Assembly: GCA_951804945.1 (NCBI GenBank)
Contig: OX638153.1
Span: 57,412,001 to 57,476,000, forward strand
Direction: 5' to 3'
Length of the DNA stretch: 64,000 bases
DNA from: Podarcis cretensis
Taxonomy: Eukaryota
Part shown: one piece after another, positions 1 to 13,006 of the stretch
Layout of the letters: every line of letters starts with the position of its first letter
Position numbering within the stretch: position 1 is the stretch's first letter
The notes under the pieces: generated by a model
Databases searched by the model: none
Seen by the model: the letters and a program-made list of their open reading frames with translations, nothing else
What the model was told of the DNA's origin: nothing
Program-made: the position numbers and the translations under genes

Positions 1-12
1 TATATATATATA

Positions 13-125
13 ATATCCCACCTTTCCTTTCCTCCAAGGAACCCAAGGTCACTCAGTGAACTTTATGTATGAGTCAGGATTTGAACCCTGGTGTGCCAGG
101 TCCTAGTCCCAACATGCTAACCAAA
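13..125 (-). mobile_element. Decayed MIR-like/L2-tailed tRNA SINE fragment
   Basis: B-box-like GGTTCAAATCC (plus strand ggatttgaacc) and L2-type tail followed by (TA)n. Confidence 0.4.
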
Positions 126-1057
126 GAGGCCCCAATGATCCTAACATGTTTTCAGCCAGCCTGGGGCTGTGAAAATGACTTACCTGTGGATAATTATTTC
201 CCCCACAGCCAGTCTGTTTATTAGACCTTTATAACTCAAAAGATAGATCTTTAATCTCTCTTTCTTTCTTAAGCAGGACTGTGACTCTGACCTGGAGAAG
301 GTGGGTGGGAGGTGAGAAAGAGAGAAACTGCTGTGTTTTTATTTAAACAGAAGAATCTACACGTTAAAGCGCCTAATAGGTTTCAGGCTAGCCAAAGCAG
401 GAAACCAAAGACTGTGTGGGGGCCAAGTGAATGCTTATAGCAAGTTCCAGGAAGTGTTACTTAGTAATCTGGCTAAGCCCTCACAAACACAACTTGTGTA
501 GGCAGAGTTGAGAAAACAGCCACGCGGCACAAGCAGTCAGGCTAGGGAGAGAGCAGGGAACCAAGTGAATGAGAATCTAGCAAATGCAGATGAAAAGCTG
601 ATGATCCTGGGTCCCACAGATACCAGCAAGATGATGATATTCAGGGAAGGCTCCTCCCAGTAAAATGGTGTTGTGGAGATGACAGGAATGCCTAAGCTCC
701 TGCACTAACACCTGCCCTTTAAAAGCCACATGCAGCACCTTTATCCGGCACGGCTTGTTGCACATAGCCAAACATAGCAGTAAACACGAAGGCTAGAAAC
801 ACACTTTAAAAAACTATTTTAAAAACTGAATCTCAGGGATTAGCTAGCAAGGCACCAGAAAACTAGGGTCCATTCACAGGTAGTTACCATAATCAGAGCA
901 CAATGAGATTTCTGTGTGCCAAAATATGCAAAAAAACAAAACAAAACTGTGCAATGCAGCATTTATTTTGCAGAGCACATTTGCTTCCAAGATCTAGATT
1001 TCAAATACTTTTTTTTAAAAAAACCACAAATGAGAATAAGGAACACTAGCATAGGTA

Positions 1058-1078
1058 GGGGGTGGGGTGGGGGTGGGG
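1058..1078 (+). other. G-quadruplex-forming motif
   Basis: GGGGG-T-GGGG-T-GGGGG-T-GGGG: four G-tracts with 1-nt loops. Confidence 0.6.
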
Positions 1079-1595
1079 TCACACTAGGTGGCCACTTACC
1101 GTGGGGGCAGCACTTACCGCAGTGCCTGCAGCTCGCCTGGGAGTGACACCGTGGCTTGGGCACCTGCAGACACCATGTTGCCCAAAAAGGCAGTGTGGGG
1201 CTTGTGTCCATTCGCTGCCTCCCCCTCAGCCACCCTGCAGTGCCCCATGCTCCAGCTCGCCCTGCCCCCAAGCCCTGATAAGGAAGGAGAAGAGGATATG
1301 AAAACAGGGGGCAGGCCATTGGAGCAGATAGTAAGGCATGCAGGCAGTTCAGGAGCTGTACCCATATCCTCCAGTCTGTGACCAGCAGAACGTTAGTCTG
1401 GTCTTGCCTTTTCACTGCACAAGGAGAGGGGTCTGGCTCAATTAACCGAGTTCAGTTTCCTCCATTTGCAAGATACAGAATAAGGCAGGGGGAAGTGGGA
1501 GGAAAACAGTCTTTTATTTTTTAGTTGGAAAATCTCCACCTCTGCAAGAAAGTTTGGCTCTAAAGGAGGCATACTTTTTTTTGGGTATCTTTGTT

Positions 1596-2070
1596 GGATG
1601 CCGCCCATAGTGGCTGGGGCAACCCAGTCCAGTTAGATTAGTAGTATACTATTATTATAAAGTGCAGGTTTGATCTATAAAGCCTTAAACGGTTCAAGGC
1701 CGCAATACCTCAAGGACTGCCTCTCTCCATATAATCGCAGGACTGGACCCTTTGACCATCACCTGAGGCCCTTATTTGTGTGTCCCCTCCACAAGAGGTC
1801 CGGAGGGTGGCAACACGAGAACTGGCCTTTTCTGCAGTGGCTCCCTGCTTGTGGAATGCTCTCCCCAGGGAGCTCACCTGGTGCCTTCATTACATATCTT
1901 TAGGTACAAGGCGAAAGCATTCAAGCAGGCCTTTGACTGATTAAACAATCTATGGCCTTTAGAACTGTGTGTGTGTGTAGTGGGTATTACGTTACACATT
2001 TTTGTGTTTCTATACTGTAAACTGCCCTGTGATCCTCTGATGAAGGATAGTATATACATTTAATAAATAA
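1596..2070 (+). mobile_element. L2-clade LINE 3' fragments
   Basis: ORF2 C-terminal remnant IYKALNG..PQYLKDCL, then AFSAVAPCLWNALP in a shifted frame. Ends in a stem-loop-type tail and AATAAATAA. A second L2-type tail lies at 1596-1655. Confidence 0.8.
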
Positions 2071-3335
2071 CTACTACTGGTCACACGTATTTCTGGGCAA
2101 CTTAATCTGCAGCACAAGCCCCTTCCTGCTTTTTCCTTAGCTCATGCAGACACTAATGCCAACAGAGTTGGGAGATCAGTTATTTAAATCTTAGCATTCA
2201 CTTTCTGCACAGCATCCTTGATGCATCTTCAAAGTTCAAAAACCAAGTTGTTTCATATTGCCCAATGTTAAGGCTGACCAGATGCCTAAGGGCACTTCCA
2301 GATACATGTTTTGCAGAAGACTGCAGCAGCCTGCCACCATTGGACCAGATGGGACTAGTAGGATCACACAGCTACTATACTAGTAGCAACTCCTTGTGCT
2401 CCCCCCTCCCTTAGATCCTTTGTGGTTTGCTTCTCTCATTGCTGCTAGGATCAATGCCTGGGAGTGCATTACCTTATTTTTTCCCTGTTTCAGTTGCTTC
2501 AGAGCAAAAAAAAATTGCAGACTGAGCAGCTCAGCTTTTGCAAAGCATGTCTGAACCTTACGACGATGGTAAGGAAATCAGTGGCAATAAAAACGTTCTG
2601 CAGCCCTTTAGAAGAAACAATCAAAAACTAGAATTCACTCTGGGATAGTAGAAAAGATTTGGAAGTGGTAGGGAAACGGTGTCAGCCCCATTATTAGTTG
2701 ACTGCTGCCTAAAGAGGTAAATGTTGGCTGGTCTGCAAGAGCAAGCCCATAGCTGCCTATATGCTGCAGACGTATGCCTCCTCCAACCTCAGTGGATATT
2801 TAGCATTCAGCCCAACCTCAAAGCAGTTGAAATATTAACTTTGTGCCATAGGCCAGATGCGCATTGCCTGAGGGTGGTGAGCACAGAACTCTTTCTAAAT
2901 GGCTGAGTAAATCAATGCCCCATTCTTGCTGGTATTCTGTACCTCCCACACCCGTGTAGATATACTCTTAATCTGTATGCACCGACTATCTTGTGTGTCA
3001 GCAAGATCTAACTTTCCGTATCATATGAGAATGCCCTATATGCATTCAACACAAAAAGAAATTCCAAATTCTGCACTGAAATAAATCCCAGAGTATGAGT
3101 TAAGAGTGAACCAACTCTGCAGGTATCTTGTGTTATGCACCACTTTCCAGTTTCATATAATGGAAACATCTGTAATTTTTAGTAAGGAACTGGGCATTGA
3201 ATGGCGTGAAGGAGACAGGAGTGGGCTGTAAGGGTCCAGTAACAAGCCTGAATCAGGGCTTTGCCTAAAGCATGGGTGAGGAACTGGTGACCCTCCAGAT
3301 GTTAAAGCATAAATCTGTAACGTATGCTTTAATTG

Positions 3336-3400
3336 AGATTCCTGCTTTGCAAGGGGTTGGACCAGATGATCCTCAGGGTCTCTTCAAATTCTACAGTTTT
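3336..3400 (+). mobile_element. CR1-type SINE tail fragment
   Basis: ttcctgctttgcaaggggttggaccagatgatcctcagggtc..., same tail as the SINEs at 30464, 31338 and 52082. Confidence 0.75.
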
Positions 3401-3599
3401 ATAAACCTGTGACTACCAACTTCCATCAGCTCCATCAATGCTCAGGAATGATGGTTTCTGTAGTCCAGCATCAATCATTTGGAAGCCTAGGTTACCCCCC
3501 TTTGACCTATGGGTACCTACAGAGTTCCTGAGATGAGATTTGAACTGTTAGTCTTCCAATAAAGTTCACACACACACCCCTTTGATTAAGAATAATATT

Positions 3600-4440
3600 T
3601 ATCTCAGGGAATATCAAACAGTAACAAAATCCATATAAACATGGGGAGAAAGTCCAACAGAGGAATCAAAACGGCTTCCCTGTCAAATAAACAAATCCTG
3701 CCATCAATTTCCAATTATCAGGTGGTTCTCAGATCACCTATAAGTATATATGAAATATATTCATACCTTAGTTTATAAAATATTCCTTGTCTTAATTCCC
3801 TTCTGAAGCCTTTAGACTTTTGCATTTGTTCTTATAGTAATACAATATCCCACACTTGTGTGTATCATCGCTCAACTGCAGACCCCTCTTCTGTTTTTCA
3901 TGTCCAGGTTATAAATGGCCTAGCAATCTTCAAGAGGAAAATTGTTAGCTCCTTATCCGTTACTTCTGCCAAATCATTTTGAAAGACTGCTAATATAAAT
4001 GTAGGACTCACCTAAAAACATTTGACCAGAATGACTGGAGCCTTGTACACTGCCACCACATGTGGAAGGATATTCCAACCTCTGCAACTCCAACTGAGAT
4101 GATTATATATTCTACTGAAAGTGTAATACCATCTCAGTGAAACTTTAAATGTGTTCTCCCTGATCCTTGATGACACAGATAGAAATGGCTCCCCCCCCCC
4201 CCAGAAAAAGTTCATGCTTTTAACCTACACTCTACACTCTCCAAGGCTGTAGAGGATGAACAAGTAACTGTACAGGCCTCTTCCCTCGCCCTTCATTTGC
4301 TGAATACTGCAAGTCCTTGTCCAGCCTTCATTAAAGCTCTCCTCCACATTCAACACTAGAATTAGGATGCTGATCCCACACCAGATACTATAGCGATGCA
4401 AAATACAAAAACAAGACACCCCCTCACAGCCCTATCTATG
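3600..4440 (-). mobile_element. Decayed L1-clade LINE ORF2 C-terminus
   Basis: Minus-strand peptides SRIRENTFKVSLRWYYT and HMWWQCTRLQSFW, typical of the L1 ORF2 CCHC region. Boundaries approximate. Confidence 0.75.
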
Positions 4441-6272
4441 TGGAATTGATTCCATGTCCTCCTTTGACCCAAACCCACAGGAAATGCTAGACTGCTAAGG
4501 ATCTTTGATTAAAATTGTGGATGTACCACTCGTTGACTTTGGGAGTCTCCAATTCAATTTCAGGAACGAATGAAGCACAGAGGAGCTCCATCTTGTCAAT
4601 TTCCTTTAGCTCTTTATAACACATAAGCGCCATTTTTGTGTGGTTCTTAATGTGGCTGTAAAAACAAAGAGAAACCCATCAGGGCTGAGATTCAGACAGG
4701 TACTGTAGCTAGAAATTTGGATGACAGATTTTATTTACAATTTTTGGGGAAAAGATGTGAATTTAGCAACACTGAAATGTAGATGGAATATGCGTCTATT
4801 GGTCCTCAAAGTGACCACTGGATACAAGAGACACCATCTTCCCTAGCAGCAATAACTTCCAATGCTATAGGCCTCTGCCATTCAAGAGCATTGATGCACT
4901 AAAGTGAGAAACAAGATCCAGTGAGCAGCCACAGTATTTCTATGCAGGCAAAGTACAACAGAATGGGGGATCCGTGCAGTTTGGGCATGGATGTGTCTGG
5001 TGTCCCACAGCATGCTTCACATGATACCTCCACAATTGACTGTGGGAGTTGTACAGGAATATGGGCTAGGTGGGGCAACAAACGTAATTTTTTACCTTTG
5101 TACACTGGTAGGCTAGTTTTTACACTTGCACAGCCCTCCCCCGCCCCAAATCCAGAAAAGCAAGAGGCTCAATCAGTGTTCAAAACACACTGCAGCCAAG
5201 CAAAAACATTCAGGTGCAAAGCAATGTCAGTGAGGAGTATAGCCTGGAGACAGAGAGGTCTGAAAGGCCATGTTTGGCTCTTGAGCTTGAGGTTCCCCTG
5301 ATCTAGTCCGATAGAGCTAACCATCCCCAACACAGGCTGAAGAAAGGAAGACTCTCTGTAGGAGTCAGGCCCTCTACAGAACAGGGTGTTATGGTGGGAC
5401 CAAGCCTCAGTGAGTATTTCTAACCTCTGAGGAAGGTGTCTTCATTTAAACTGCAATGTTTCATGAACAAGACGTTTGTGTATACAAATAAGGTTCATTT
5501 TGTGTGAAGGCCAAGACTTGCCTGTTATTACTTAAATAAAGCCCAGGTGTTTTTCAGATACATTGCAAGGAAGCTAGGAAATATAAATGATATACCTTCA
5601 TTCTCTTTGTCCTTTCTTGCAGAGACAAAAACCCCAACAGCCCTATTATAGACATTAAAACTTCGAACACTTGTCCTCAAGCCATTATTTTAGGATCCAA
5701 TTTAATGCACAAATGATTGCCGTTAAGACAAGTCACTATCACGCTCCATCTGCAATTCAGTGTGGTAACAGTACCAGTGGCTACTACTACCCATGGGAAT
5801 GTGATTTGTAGGAGTGTGACTTGAACCTTGGAGTCGTTGATCAGAGTACAGAACTCAATCCATTCTCGACCACAGCGGTTATGGTATATCCAGCCTATCC
5901 AAATATAGTACACACAAAAACGTTAATCAGAGCAACTTAATGTGCAACTGTGGTTGTGAGGGTAAAACTGATAAAAAATTGTAAAAGCACCTACCACTTC
6001 AAAGTAAGTGCCATGGAAATTATTAATACAAGCCTTCTCCTGAGGCAGATCATATTGTGCAAAAGGAAACAGACCACATCAGAGGACCGTTGATAAGCAA
6101 ATGCTGGGGCCCAGGCTCTTACGTTTGTGGGCAGACAAAGGGCCCCCTAACCTGGCTGAAGCTTGTAAAGCACTGGAATGAGAAAGTTAAACAAGAGTTA
6201 GAGTATAAAGTCTCATTTATCAGTTCTGCAATCACTCAATAAATGCACACAAGACACAACTATGCAAACAAG

Positions 6273-6278
6273 TTTAAT
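6273..6278 (-). terminator. Candidate distal polyadenylation signal ATTAAA
   Basis: Minus strand reads ...TGTGTATTCAAAGTGC-ATTAAA-CTTGTTTGCATAGTTGTGTCTTGTGTGC. TGTA elements at 6289, 6329, 6387 and 6470. Confidence 0.45.
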
Positions 6279-6554
6279 GCACTTTGAATACACAGGAGGG
6301 AAACAAAGCTTTGTGATCACAAAAATATTACAAAAAGTAGTTTTGCGCAGGTGAACACACACCGGCACTGTGATAATGTAAGAATATACATTAGAAACTA
6401 ATATAAAATATTTTTAAAACCTCTGCTAGTTTAGGTTCCCATTGGTTTTTTGGTAGAAAAAAAGGCATACTACAAAGTACTGAGAATTTCACTGCAGGAA
6501 TGGCAAGCCATTTTCAGACAGCTTCTGCAATGTCCTTAAGATTTTTGTTGAGAA

Positions 6555-6588
6555 ACACACACGCGCACACACACACACACACACACAC
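6555..6588. repeat. Interrupted (AC)n microsatellite
   Basis: Seen directly. Confidence 0.95.
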
Positions 6589-8949
6589 GCCACATAGATG
6601 AACTACAAAAAGGTTCATCTCAGCTGAAGCTGGTAAAAGTAGCCTCAGCAGTCAGAATTAAAAGTTGAGCAGGTCTAAGGATTAGGTCCTCCAAAAGCAA
6701 AACCACTCATTTTGTTTTCTAGCACTACAGCCATCCAAATTATAAAACTACAGTAACAACAAGAGCACTATCATGTTTTAAAAAAATAAAAAATCCACCC
6801 TGCTTTAACAGTGAACTCTGGTTCCTACCGATATAAAACAGTCTCAAGAAAGGAAGGCAAAGGCAAACCTGGAGTGTAACATTACCTTAATTTATTCCTT
6901 TAAGTCTCATTAGCAGCAGCGACAATCTGATCTGCTAGAACTGAACACCAATGCTATGCTCCTGAGCCCTCCCACCCAAGATCCAGCACACGGAATGGCC
7001 CTAAGAATGGGGGCTGGGCCACAAAGCCCGTGGCTTTTAGGAGCTTTCTTCCACAATGGCAGTTTGATCCTGCTAAATTGTGAACTGCAACTCCAGAAAA
7101 GCCAGGCCCCAGACTGTGTAATTCATCAGCAATCAGAGCACAGAATCTTTTGAATTAACTCACTGGTTTTATCACTTTAATAGGTTTCGCTTTCCCTAAG
7201 GTAGGTGAAGTCTTTATACAGAATTGAGATTCTGTTCAGTGTTGAAAGGGAAACTAGCGAAAGGGATACTCGGCTTAAACCTGAGCCAACAGATCCTTTG
7301 AAGACAATTGCACACTCCTGTGTTTCCCCAGAATATTAACCAGGGCTGGCAGTGGCTATCCTCCCTTATTGAAGGGCTTACACTAACATGCACTATTGTC
7401 AACAAGGCTCAAACCATTCTCCCCCTCTTTTTCCATTATGTAGAGGAGCAGTGATGAATGCAGACCTTTGCCATCAGGGCCCAGGAAAGAAAACAGCATC
7501 CATGTTGATTTCGACCCAAACTAGGAAACAAGCAAAGGGAAATGTGTGCAGGAGGGCGAGGAGAGTAGTAAGAGAAGTGTTTGCAAAACCAGAACCATCA
7601 GCTGGTAAGCAGATGCTGGTCTGTGCTTTTAAACAAATCTGTTTTCTGAAATTAAAGTGTATTTGATTGAGCCCTTTAAACATTTACTTCACACGCTGGC
7701 ATTCATTACGCTATTCTGCTATCAGGCTTCCACATTTCAACAGTGAATCATAAAAGTAGGTAGATGGAAAGGGTATTTCAGAATACTTCTCCAACCTCCT
7801 TATTAGCTGGCTGGCAGAAAGTAGAAAAGGCATACCTTTATGACAGCCTTGGAATGATACTGTAAAGCTAATGTACCACTTATTATGACTTTATGGTCTG
7901 TAAGCAATCTGAGGAAAAAATAATTGTGTATGAAATGAAGAAGCTGAAAAGTGCATAATGCCCATGGGTTAATTGTCTGAGAGGCAGGTCAGCCTAGGGA
8001 TCCTTTTGAAACCCTCATCAGCTACAGGCTCATTTTCTGTTTGACATTTTGGATGCTCAGCAAAGGAGGATTCAAAAGAGACGGAAGAACTAAAGGTAGG
8101 AAAAGCTACAGTAACATAGGGCTGCCAGAATATGAAGGTATTCTTTCTGTTCCTATAAATTACAGTGATGGTAGTGGTGGAGAGAAACATTAAACATTAA
8201 CACATTTTTGCCCCAAGCCATTAAAAACACTTCTGCAAATACATTTGCTTTCTGACCCTTACTTCCCTTGCTTTTATGTGTAAAGGGCTTTTCTTTAAAA
8301 CAGTTCATGATTTTCTCCCTGCTGCTAGAAAAACACAAGTGTGATGAGATGGAGCAATCCCTACAGCAGCAACGAACTCCACCAGCATGCATGCAGATGT
8401 GAAACCCATGCTTTCATCTGCCATAGAAGTGCCTGACACTTCAGATCTGCAAAGCTAAGTGGATGATCATGGTGCAGTGCAAAACATGCTGAAGAAGCTT
8501 GCAGTGTGCATGTAGAGCATCTCTGTCCAACCAACCATCTGGCTTAGTGGCAAAGTTCAGATTTACACACCAGAAAAACAAAATCCTGAGCTATTATATC
8601 TAATGGTGCATACAGAAGTACAGGAGCAAGCTTCTTTTGTCCCTATGGGGTAAGCTCAGTAACCCTCATTCTTTACTCTCTCTCTCACACACTCTCTTTG
8701 CAGTGAGCACTAGTTTCTAGGCCACCCTCACCCTTCTCTGCTGAGCTGCCTGTCTTTCTTGTTATCTTTAAAGTGCTGCTGGTAGGACCTTGCATTTAAA
8801 CAATCATACAGTGCCTGACTTATTGATGATTAAAGAGCCATCATTTATTCTGAAGCTGAAAATTATTACAGGCAGAGGTTGTTTCATGGTGTCACAAATG
8901 TCCAGCCAGTTAGCACTTTGAGCAGCCCGTTCAGCTTCAAATTGACATG

Positions 8950-9249
8950 TGTAATATGGTTTAATGCAAATGAGCAGTGTGCAGGAATGAGCTGGGAGCA
9001 ACAATCCACAGGTGGTGTGTCATCTAAACTTAAACGCATGGCTTGGTTCCCCCAAACAAACCAGGAGCATGGGTTTGGACGACATGACAAGTCAAGTCTT
9101 GTAGTTTGTTGCTCCCAGTATGATGCAGCCAAGAGCGAGGGAGGAGCAAAGCAGGGACTTTTGAGCAGTGTGCACCAGCATGCTGCTCATTCACATTAAA
9201 CCACAGTTAAATATTAACTATGGTTTAACCTTACATGCAAACACAGCCG
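8950..9249. mobile_element. Old palindromic MITE-like element
   Basis: Nested inverted arms: tggtttaatgcaaatgagcag/ctgctcattcacattaaacca, ctgggagcaacaa/ttgttgctcccag, tgtcatctaaac/gtttggacgaca. Confidence 0.65.
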
Positions 9250-12200
9250 ATGAGTGTGCTTTGAAGAGGGGAGTGGATTCTGTTTTTATAACTTCCCTTG
9301 CTACCAATGTCAGTGCCATGGGGGAGAGGAAACCCACAGAAGTGGGGATGGATTTTTTTTGTTTTGCTAAAACTATATTCTTATAGCTTGCAGTGTTCTC
9401 ATGTGAAATTCTACAGCCCTTCTATATTTTGCTCACTTACTTACTGACTGCTTCATATTTAGACAGTAAACCCTCTGGAATGGCTCTTTTGTTGCCATTT
9501 GGTCTGATGGCTAGGTTAGCACTGTCCTGGCACATGGCTGGTGCAACAGCTGCACTGAAAGTTAATAATTGTCACAGCAACCGAGGAATGGTGTTTACAG
9601 CTCCAGGTGCTGAAGGGATTAAGCAGCAGGTGCAAACCAACTGAAGAACAGCCAAAGCTCCAGTTTCCTGTTAGCCACTTTAGTAACTAGCAAGTGGAGA
9701 ACAAGAGTGCAAAGTAAACTCTTCCTGCCTTGTCTTAGGGTGGGAAGAATGGTCAGCATAAGTGACCACAGTGAAAAGTTAGCAATACACAGTAAACGGA
9801 GAGACCGAGCTCCATTCCATTAAGTCCTCTGGGAAGCCAACAATAATAGTTTCTAGCAGTTACTGCCATAAACTGTTACTGATTAAACACCAAGACACTT
9901 TACCTTTGATTTGCCAAGGTAGTAATTTGTGGGTACTTTCAGGCAGATATGAAATCTGAATACTCTGCAAACCCTACAAGACAGTCATTTTAAATACACT
10001 TTGGACCAGTTCTTTCTCTCTAAAGGAATGCTCATGCAGAACAAAACGTTTAAAAGGTTATGGAAAAATGTAACATCAGTGTGGACTTTGCAGCAAACTA
10101 TCAAAAGCCACAGAAGACTGTAGTCTAGTCTCCAGCTCACAGATCCTTCCTGAAAAACCCACAAGATTTTTTTTTCATTTCCAGATTAACATTTCATAGG
10201 ATTTCTGGCTTTCCCTCCATGGATTCTTTCATTTCTCAGATAGGAAACTCCTCAGCTCTACTGCATCCAGAGGGTAAACTATAGAGAGTAACAAATGAGA
10301 CAGTATAGCTGTGTAAAGCCTCACTACATTAATTAAACTACTATGGAACACAAGGCTTCCAAGATAAACTGTAGAAAAGCCAGACAGTTTAGACTCTAGA
10401 AATGACTTCTAAAGCCTCACATAATTGAATTCTCCTTCATCCAATAACATTTCTATGTACATAGGAAATTAACGTCAGGCAGAAGGTTTCTACTCTCCTC
10501 CCTGACATGCCAGTTTTCTATGTGCAAGGATTTTTTCTCTTGCACAGAGGAGCATTCTGTCATATGAGACTCCATTGCAGTCCTAAGAACAGCAGTCAAG
10601 AAACAGCTTTATCATCCCAGCTGCTGTTTGTGAAAGCTAGGCCTAATAAGGATGGCTTTTGTGGGGAAAATATGCTAGGTATCTGACAGTAACATTTGAG
10701 TGACAGCACACCATTTGAATGCCAAAAGATTTTCCTCATAAGCAGGGACCCCTTACAAGATTTCACTACAACCTTCTATGGCTTGGCCTATTTCAACCTT
10801 GCAGTGTTTTATGCTTAGTCAATTTGGCAATAGCGGTTAGTCAATTTTGCTTACATTAGCACATTTGAATTGTGCTCACGACAGCACAACAGCTTCCAAA
10901 ATACTACAAACTAAGTGAGTGACTCCCAAAGCTTTTTTGCCTTGTATGCCCTAAACATCAGACCACACTAGTATACCATGTGATCCTAAGTCACTTAATG
11001 TGAAAGGTGAGGCGTCTAGGATTCTGACTGGGAGCCTGTGGGCAATATTAAATAGTTTATTGTGAGCTACTTTATGTCACCAGCACATATCTATCTAAAC
11101 TTGCTCGAGGTCCAGTTCCCTAGCCATCAGCCCATGGGTGTACACAAATTCTGGTGTACATCAGTATACAACAATTCTGAGCAATTTCTGAAGAATTTCT
11201 AAAATTTCTAAAGAACCTAAGTATACACAACAAGAGAACATGGTATTTTGAACAGTTGCCTAGTTGAAGTGGACTTTCATTCTCTTGGGAAGGGAAGGGA
11301 AGCGAACCAACATGTTTCCTTCTACAAACTTTGTAACAGAAACTTTCAGAAGATAGTTTTAGGTTGTAGATTTCTGCTTTAGCAGTGCCAGATTTCATTT
11401 TTGGTGGTGAGCTATGGAGCTACTACCACTTTCCTCTCCTAGGAAGTTAGTCAAACTGCCTATAAACACAAAGTCAAAGTCTGCACAAAATGGTGTTAGA
11501 AATACAGTGTAGCTGTCTCAAAATCAGGCCATAACTCTGAAAATTAATGCCTGTGTATACAGCAGTACATCAAGCTGAATTTTCAAAACATTCTGAAATG
11601 GCCTGACTCAATATGCATTAAAATTAACAGATATGCCTTCCCAAAATATGTGAATGGAAAGTGAAAACATGATTTCAGCAGAAATAAATGTTCTTTGGGA
11701 AACTTTGTTTTTAAAGGCAAGTTAGAAACAAGGCAACAGGTTTTCAGGCATCTCTTTAACTCATGTACCCTTTTCTATTTCTCTGCAGTATGAGTCAGGA
11801 AAATTGGTAGGAAACTTCAGGAAGGATACAGTATCAGAATTGTTAACCCAGAAGATCTGGCTGTACCAAGTTAGAAAATAAACACCCAAAGCCCTCCGCT
11901 CATTGTACAGCCCAATGAGAAATACCTATGAAACCCAGTTCTCCATGTACTTGTCCCTTTTACAGGTGACCATGAAACAAGGAAGTTTTGCTTATCTTTG
12001 AAGAGTATCAATTATCATTTTGGCCTATCACCCTAGGACACACTAAGATAGGTGTTTAATCCTACAATCCAGTAAATACTTACCTGGTAGGAAGCCCCAC
12101 TGAACACCATTAAGTTTCATTCTGAAGAAAAACACTTAGGCTTGGGTTTCACAGAACTTTTTAAAGCAACCTTTTCCTAAATATAACCCAAGCTGTATCT

Positions 12201-12916
12201 CTTCCCTAGGGCAAACTCCTGACTTAAATAGGATGTTTATAGGCCTCAGAATTCAGAATCTAAAATGACAGCTTAAGTACAGCCCCCTCTGTAACATCAT
12301 GGCAGTTTAGCCAGTGGGACCATGATTCCCCTGCCAAATCAGTCCCTAGTGTGGCATCAAAACTGATCAGTGTTTCCTCAGTTTGATTGTGTGTACATAA
12401 AGTATAAACAAAATGGCCTTTCTGGAGCAATTAAAAAAAAAAATCACACTGAAGGAATAATTCTGGCCAGGAGAAGCATGGCTAATTAAAGAATTTGAGA
12501 GTTACAAAAAATACTTCTAATGGATTGTGTGTTTACGCCTGAAAATTGTGTGATTAAGCCAAGGCAGATGAGGCACATAAACCCTGAGCTGGGGGTTGCA
12601 GGGACCTCTGGAGCCAGTTAAAGTAGGGAAAGGAATTCTTACAACTACTATTAATAGTTAAATACTTCTCTCTCCTTGCCTCACTCTCGCACTCATTCAT
12701 ATGCAGGTTATTCAGAGTTCTTCCATGACGGAAGAGAATGCCAGGTACTGGAAGAATTGAATTCTGGCTGGACTGCTGTTGAGTAACCCCTCCATTGTTT
12801 GCAGTGGATATGCAGCAGCATCTCTTATTTGCAGGAAGAGCTTTTACTGCACTAAATTATCCCATGAGTCACTGGGCAGCATACAGCAACTTGTTGCTTG
12901 TGGGTGTCAGCTGACT

Positions 12917-13006
12917 TTAATGCAGTGGGTTGTCAAATACAGCATCAGGCAAGATGGAGACTTTCAGTTTCTTTTCAGGCCAACTATACTCCTTTGGAAG
13001 TTTGAA
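12917..13006 (-). CDS. SUFU: SUFU terminal exon 12, coding part (90 nt): FKLPKEYSWPEKKLKVSILPDAVFDNPLH*
   Basis: Manual translation; tttAG acceptor; TAA stop at 12917-12919. Confidence 0.98.
   Translation of the reverse strand, partial: FKLPKEYSWPEKKLKVSILPDAVFDNPLH

Larger units (their letters stand above)
6255..12916 (-). other. SUFU: Probable SUFU 3' UTR (distal end uncertain)
   Basis: Follows the stop codon. Candidate signals are AATAAA at 11056-11061, 8844-8849 and 6891-6896, and ATTAAA at 6273-6278. The last has upstream TGTA motifs and a downstream GT-rich tract. Confidence 0.5.

Noticed and set aside
963-1415. 150-aa minus-strand ORF
   Set aside because: GTG start, low complexity, no recognisable homology; that frame would stop in the candidate downstream exon.
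9624-9630. miR-214 seed match (CCTGCTG on the mRNA strand)
   Set aside because: A single 7-mer is near chance expectation in a 6.6-kb UTR, and conservation cannot be assessed here.
12078-12086. Perfect minus-strand donor CAG|GTAAGT in the 3' UTR
   Set aside because: Appears to lie in an old short palindromic repeat; no evidence of use.
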